From: Lepidodermella squamata
Taxonomy: Eukaryota > Animalia > Gastrotricha
Direction of reading: 5' to 3'
Assembly (NCBI GenBank): GCA_047495785.1
Contig: JBLDXI010000015.1
Coordinates: forward strand, 2,046,001 to 2,110,000
DNA: 64,000 bases
Under the pieces are notes generated by a model. It was not told the DNA's origin, did not search any database, and saw only the letters and a program-made list of their open reading frames with translations. Below, in pieces: positions 58,855-64,000 of the stretch (the stretch's first letter is position 1; each line of letters begins with the position of its first letter). The translations under genes were made by a program, and so were the position numbers.

Positions 58855-60263
58855 ATGTTCACGTCAACCAGCGAATTCAACAACTGGCAATTTATAGGTA
58901 GCGGTGGATTTGGGTCGGTTTACCTGTGTAGAAGGGGGACAAGTGATGAAAAATATGCCGTCAAGGAAGTTAACCTTACTCGATTGGAGGAAAATCACCG
59001 CACGCTGGCGAGAAAGAGCTGTGACGAGGTGACTTGTTTGACTACAGCGTCTTGGAAGGGTAATTTTTCTCGTAACAGCACAGCAAGCTGAAAAAACTGC
59101 CCCACCCGAATATCGTGAAAGTTTTCGGGGGATTCCAAGGTACAGAGCCATTTTCGTGTTAACCAGATGTCATTTGAAGGACGTGCTTCTATAGAGCTAT
59201 ACCAAGGCAGTGAAGGCTCTAAAACAGGCTGCCAGATGTACTATTTGGTAATGGAGTATTGCGAGGGTGGCGACTTGGCAGGTCGCATTGGGGCTGATAA
59301 GGAAAAGATCATTGAAGACCAGCTGAAATCCTGGGCCTTACAATTGGCATCGGCGTTGAAGCTCCTGCACGACAACGGCATCGTCCACCGTGACATCAAG
59401 CCGAGCAACATATTTTTAAGCCATGATGGGTGCTCGGTCAAACTCGGCGACTTCGGCATCGCGAAAGACTTGACGTAAGTTATTAACGTAAGTTAAGTGA
59501 TCTTTTCACCTTATCTACTAACAAATATGCGCTTTTACACCGTCTATCTCAGACGAACTGCCGTATTTCCTGTGAACAGTTTTCGTTTCATAGAAGATGT
59601 ATCAACTTTTGGAATTCTTTAAAGCCTGAAACTATTAATTGTAGCTTTAAAAAATTTAAGATTGCCATTTCGTCGTCTGACTATAGTAAATTTCTTACCT
59701 CGTCAGTGAGGCGCCGTTGATATATTTTAATATTATTCTAATATCAATTTTGCTTCATATTACCATTTGCTGTAATCGCTACTGCGGTACTTGCAAGACA
59801 CTGTTGAATAAATAAATAAATAATAAAATATTTATTACTTTCACACAAGTATAATAAGGGAAGTGTGCCTAATTCGTTACAAAAATGTAAAACAACTACT
59901 ATATAGCTGACTGTATAGCTATCCAATGACGTGAACCCCGTGCAGGCACTCATGGTTAGGCACACTTGCCTTATATCTGTCGGTTTTGAGTGGTGAAGCA
60001 TATTTTCTTTTTAGCGAAAAGACTACAACATCCACCGTACCTTGCGCTTCATGGGAATATGCAGCTCCGGAGTTTATCATGCAATCCGGCAATTACGGAT
60101 ACACCTGTGACATGTGGTCGTTTGGCGTTACTCTTTACGAATTGGCAAACTTTGCCAAACCGGTAAGAGTTATTGGAAAGCGCGATATCTTTACAGAATT
60201 CATGCTTAATTCATTTCAGTTCGACGGCCCTAATCATTGGGTGGTGATATCTAACATCCTGCG
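58855..60263 (+). CDS. NEK-like Ser/Thr protein kinase exons
   Basis: GSGGFG, YAVK, HPNIV, MEYCEGGDL, HRDIKPSN, GDFG, YAAPE, DMWSFG; GT-AG introns; subdomain XI exon not clearly found. Confidence 0.85.
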
Positions 60264-60308
60264 GTAAGACTAGTTCAGTTTAAATACCAGTACTAGCCTA
60301 AGTGTCTA

Positions 60309-60608
60309 GGGTAATGTGCCCTAATGTGTCATAATTTCGCTTAATTTTTTTTAAGGCCCAATATCTACTCACCTGATGGGTCCCGGTCTGAGCCGGCTCC
60401 TAATCTGTCATAATCGGTCTCTTGCGTAACAAGACCTGCTGCCAAGCTCACAATAGGCATTGGAGTCGAAGTTTTTCGACGGATTATCGAAGTCAAGACC
60501 TGAACCGAGGTCCCTGTCCAAAAAAATCAGACCGGGACCCATCAGGTGAGTAGATATTGGGCCTTGAAAAAATTAAGCGAAATTATGACACATTAGGGCA
60601 CATTACCC
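60309..60608. mobile_element. MITE in a probable intron
   Basis: ~85 bp TIR GGGTAATGTGCCCTAATGTGTCATAATTTCGC..; TA flanks. Confidence 0.9.
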
Positions 60609-61083
60609 TAACAATGAGCGTATGAGTAAAAGTCAACTTTTCAACGCAGCGGAATTTTGCAAAGAAAAAAATTAGACATTCTGGATTGTCGTGCAATTTT
60701 CAGGGCGGTAATAATCAAATTTGCGGGCGCATGATGAATTTGCTGTCTGCGGTTTTAATTTTTAATTAAAAATACCTGACCAATTGAATGTTGAAACCCG
60801 CTTAAAAATATTCGCCATGTGAGCACGGTCCTCTCTCAACACTCAACACTGTCGCGCTCGGGCCTCGGCCTCGGTATCATGAAGTGAAGTTATGCAGACG
60901 TTAAATGCATGTAATATAAGGTAATGGTATTGAAGAAATAGGGCTTCAAAAGCGATTTTTTACAATGAACGACCGGCAAATAATATCGAAATGAGGATGC
61001 GCGTAGCTTGTGACATTGAACTGGTTATTCCTTTATAACCTCAAAGCTTTCCAAAATAAGCAATATGTTCATTGTTTTTAAAG

Positions 61084-61698
61084 GAATTCGTGAGGTGCGC
61101 ACTTGAAAATGAAGCAACGAGAATGTCACAACTGCTGCTGCTATACAAGGACCGATTAGACCTGGATGTTAACGGCAAATATTGGGAAAACAACAAAACT
61201 GCACTGTGCGCTGCAGCTTACAAAGGCCATGTTGAAATTGTTGAACTCCTGGCGAGCAAGTTCAAAGCCGACGTCAACGCTGGAGATATGGCTGGTCGGA
61301 CGCCATTGCACCAGGCCGCCGAAAATGGCAAAGCTGACGTGGTGGAACTGTTGGCAGGCAAGTTCAAAGCCGACATCAACGCTGCAGGTAAGGATGGATG
61401 CACGCCATTACACCGGGCCGCCAGATATGGCAAAACTGACGTCGTTAAAATCCTGGCGGGCAAGTTCAAAGCCGACGTCAACGCGGCAGATAAGGATGGG
61501 TTAACACCCCTGATGATAGCTGCATGTGGGGCAGACGCTGCTATTGTTGATCTTCTTGTCAATGTATGTAAAGCCAAGGTAAACTTGAAGAACAACATGG
61601 GACAAACTGCACTGGATTTGGCTAAAAACCCTTATGACAAATCTCTGAAGAATTCTAAAGAAGGACGACAAATAATTGAAATCCTCACGAGTCGATGA
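61084..61698 (+). CDS. Ankyrin-repeat terminal exon, probably the 3' end of the kinase gene
   Basis: About 5 repeats of G.TPLH.AA..G..DVV..L..KFKADVNA; acceptor-like ttttaaag upstream. Confidence 0.85.
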   Translation, partial: EFVRCALENEATRMSQLLLLYKDRLDLDVNGKYWENNKTALCAAAYKGHVEIVELLASKFKADVNAGDMAGRTPLHQAAENGKADVVELLAGKFKADINAAGKDGCTPLHRAARYGKTDVVKILAGKFKADVNAADKDGLTPLMIAACGADAAIVDLLVNVCKAKVNLKNNMGQTALDLAKNPYDKSLKNSKEGRQIIEILTSR

Positions 61699-62568
61699 CT
61701 ATGTCTAACTACATTTGCTTGCATTCAATACATTTCACAGCCGCAGAAATCAGCTTTCTCAAAAATACCTCAAGTGGATTATGAGGATGATTATACATTT
61801 ATCATAATTTTTAATTCGATAGTTACGATTAACGTGCGGAAGCAGCGGAAGTGTTATTTGAGATTACTATTAATTCACATTATTACATTATTTGAATGGA
61901 TCTTGGCTTGAAAACTCGTCTGATGCTGATGTCGAACTTGAGATTTAGAAATTCATCAGCAGGCCCTGCTCACTAATTTTACTCACTAATTCACAATTGT
62001 GCTGTTCGTTTATTCATTATTATATCCAATAGCTCTATGTATAGAAGACAACGGGCTTGAGCCAAAATTGTAAGACATCGGCCATTGCAGTGGTTTCGAG
62101 ACTTATTGGGGCAATTAATTTTTGCGATGTCGACGGCCGAAGACAAAACTTTTAGGGTTCATAGTGACGCCGAAATTGCGCCGAAAGTCTCAAGATGAAA
62201 TCGAACAATGGAGCAGCGTGAAAAAATGGGTCTTTAAGGCTGAATTTTGGTATTCGTGGATGGCTTGGTAAATAAGGACAGTAGGCAAAATATCTGAAAT
62301 ATCGGTTTGGTCACATGACCGACAAGTTTTGACTTTTATTCAAATGTTGGTAAGGTTCCATTGTCATTAGCAAAGCGCTACCAGTTCGGCCAGTCCGGGC
62401 GAAAAGCCACCACGGTAAAGTATAAGCATACATTGGCGAATAAAACATCGCGAAAATAACTACGTTTACAGTACATATTATAATGTAATAAAGTTGACCA
62501 CCTGCAAACAATTCATGTTTGCCAATTAACTGAAGAAATTCCAAATTCGAACTTGGGTATGATCCAAG

Positions 62569-64000
62569 TCAAACTCCTAAGGTGATTCGTCTTGGACTGC
62601 TGCTAGTTCTGATGGCTTTGAAAGTCGGAATTATCCACGAGAAATTCGCGACGGCAGACAGAGCGGCAGCTAAACACGACACAGCTATTTTCACGTTAAC
62701 CAGAGCTTTGCTTGCATTCGCATTTTGCCCCAAAATTATCAGTATGATGACTCCAGAGGCCAAAAGGATTCCTGAGTTGACCACCCCAAGAGCTATCATG
62801 CTGTATTCAGGACAGATAACAATTCGATCCATATGACGTATGTCGTAGACCGCAAACAAGCCAAAAACCAGAAAAGTCGCGTTAAATACAGCTAGACCCA
62901 TCAGCCAATACGATCCGTATTCTGAGTAACAGCTCTTGTAAATCCATGTTGATATGGTGTCGGTGTCTTCATCGTAGAAATTTGTATCTGACTCCTTCGG
63001 GGGCCACTGATTTTCAATGCAGTAAAAAGGATCGATAGAATTATCAGGGGCTAACCAAAAGGCCATTGCGAATGCATTCAAGACAACAAATCCGACAAAA
63101 ACTTTGCAAAATTTGACCTCCAACTGAGGTCCACGTTTTAGTAAACTAGGTCGCTCGGCTGTGCTCCCTGAAACATCGAGGTGCTTGCCGAAGTTTGGGG
63201 AATGCCCGGGAAGTTGTTCATTTGATGATTTGTAGGTAGCAGCACAGCTGCTTTTCTTGGGAGTAGACGCTCTGTCGATGTGGAGCGATTTCTTCCACGC
63301 TCGAAAAATCATTACCCGACTAACCAATGCTCCATTAACCATGCTGATGCCTAATATCAGAAATAGCAATCGTGCCTTCCACAGAGCTGCGGGAGACGAT
63401 GCCCAGCTATCTGGCATAGCGAATAGGACTGATCCCAGATTCATCGAAAACGTGCCAATACAGCCAAGAAGCTTCAGATTCGCCTCATTCATCTCGCCAC
63501 CAGGATTCGCCATAAAGAACAAGTATACGACTCTGATGTTAGGTAGCAAATTCAGTATGTTCCAAACAAGCATGCATACGAAACACGCAAGAGGTACGTC
63601 GGCTTCGATGAGTAGAGTTATTGCGTTATCACGAGGCGGCTCCTTGTTTTTAGTATTCCAAGGTAGTTTTTCAATCACTTGGACTATCTTATACTCGAAA
63701 TACTTTTGTTTTATCGAATTCGAGACGTCATCCAATTGCCGCATCACAGCTACGTTGGTATCGGTGGTGTCATTCATTGGAGTCCATCGCTGCAAGACTA
63801 GAACGTCAGTAGAGAACTTTCCTGAGCTGTCGTATTTTACGCGGCCAGTTCTCAACCCAGAATAATCAACACTGGCAACAGAATCGTTAATGATTCGCGA
63901 AATGAGATAAGGGTGCTCATTGTAGTCCTTAAGTGATAGATTTTGCGCTTTCAAAATCTTCTCGGCTTTGTTTAGGGCAAGAATTCCTGTCATCGATCCG
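62569..64000 (-). CDS. Class C GPCR, GABA-B-receptor-like (7TM region; continues beyond the window)
   Basis: YSGLRTGRVKYDSSG, PPRD before TM1, seven hydrophobic segments, CYSEYGSYWL..FGLFAVYDIR. Confidence 0.82.
   Translation of the reverse strand, partial: GSMTGILALNKAEKILKAQNLSLKDYNEHPYLISRIINDSVASVDYSGLRTGRVKYDSSGKFSTDVLVLQRWTPMNDTTDTNVAVMRQLDDVSNSIKQKYFEYKIVQVIEKLPWNTKNKEPPRDNAITLLIEADVPLACFVCMLVWNILNLLPNIRVVYLFFMANPGGEMNEANLKLLGCIGTFSMNLGSVLFAMPDSWASSPAALWKARLLFLILGISMVNGALVSRVMIFRAWKKSLHIDRASTPKKSSCAATYKSSNEQLPGHSPNFGKHLDVSGSTAERPSLLKRGPQLEVKFCKVFVGFVVLNAFAMAFWLAPDNSIDPFYCIENQWPPKESDTNFYDEDTDTISTWIYKSCYSEYGSYWLMGLAVFNATFLVFGLFAVYDIRHMDRIVICPEYSMIALGVVNSGILLASGVIILIILGQNANASKALVNVKIAVSCLAAALSAVANFSWIIPTFKAIRTSSSPRRITLGV

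Noticed and set aside
63257-63865. 202-aa plus-strand ORF, and similar antisense ORFs over the LINE, hAT and ankyrin regions
   Set aside because: Antisense shadows of well-supported coding sequences

Overview
This is eukaryotic, invertebrate-animal-like DNA with short (~50 bp) AT-rich GT-AG introns. No CRISPR array, rRNA or prokaryotic operon was seen. Family calls come from motif recognition by eye; no database searches were run. Layout: (1) 1-1220 duplicates 19644-20862, which holds the 3' ends of a convergent EML WD40 gene and a sushi-repeat gene. (2) The two copies bracket an ~18 kb mobile-DNA island. It contains a defective P-type transposon whose left TIR is split by a nested insertion, many MITEs (several with tRNA-like cores), R2-group and Ginger2-like remnants, an inverted L2HGDH fragment, and an intronless orphan ORF with a HEPN-type RxxxxH motif. 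(3) A host gene block follows: a secreted six-sushi protein, two tandem L2HGDH paralogs (one with an altered substrate-site motif), an RGS22-like gene, and a short tomosyn-type R-SNARE gene with no WD40 region. (4) An 18-locus tRNA cluster is built as a large inverted repeat of a Thr-Met-Glu-Val-Ala-Val cassette. (5) Next to it is a 1279-bp tandem array encoding a Uma2/PD-(D/E)xK nuclease-like protein resembling fungal/oomycete families, its last copy split by a hAT element. (6) The rest holds more hAT/LINE/MITE debris, a displaced Ala-Val tRNA pair, a BEN-like gene fragment, a near-intact GC-rich Jockey-group LINE, NEK-like kinase and ankyrin exons, and a GABA-B-like class C GPCR running off the window. 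The best candidates for new biology are the tRNA-cluster-adjacent Uma2 nuclease array and the HEPN-motif orphan surrounded by tRNA-like MITE cores.
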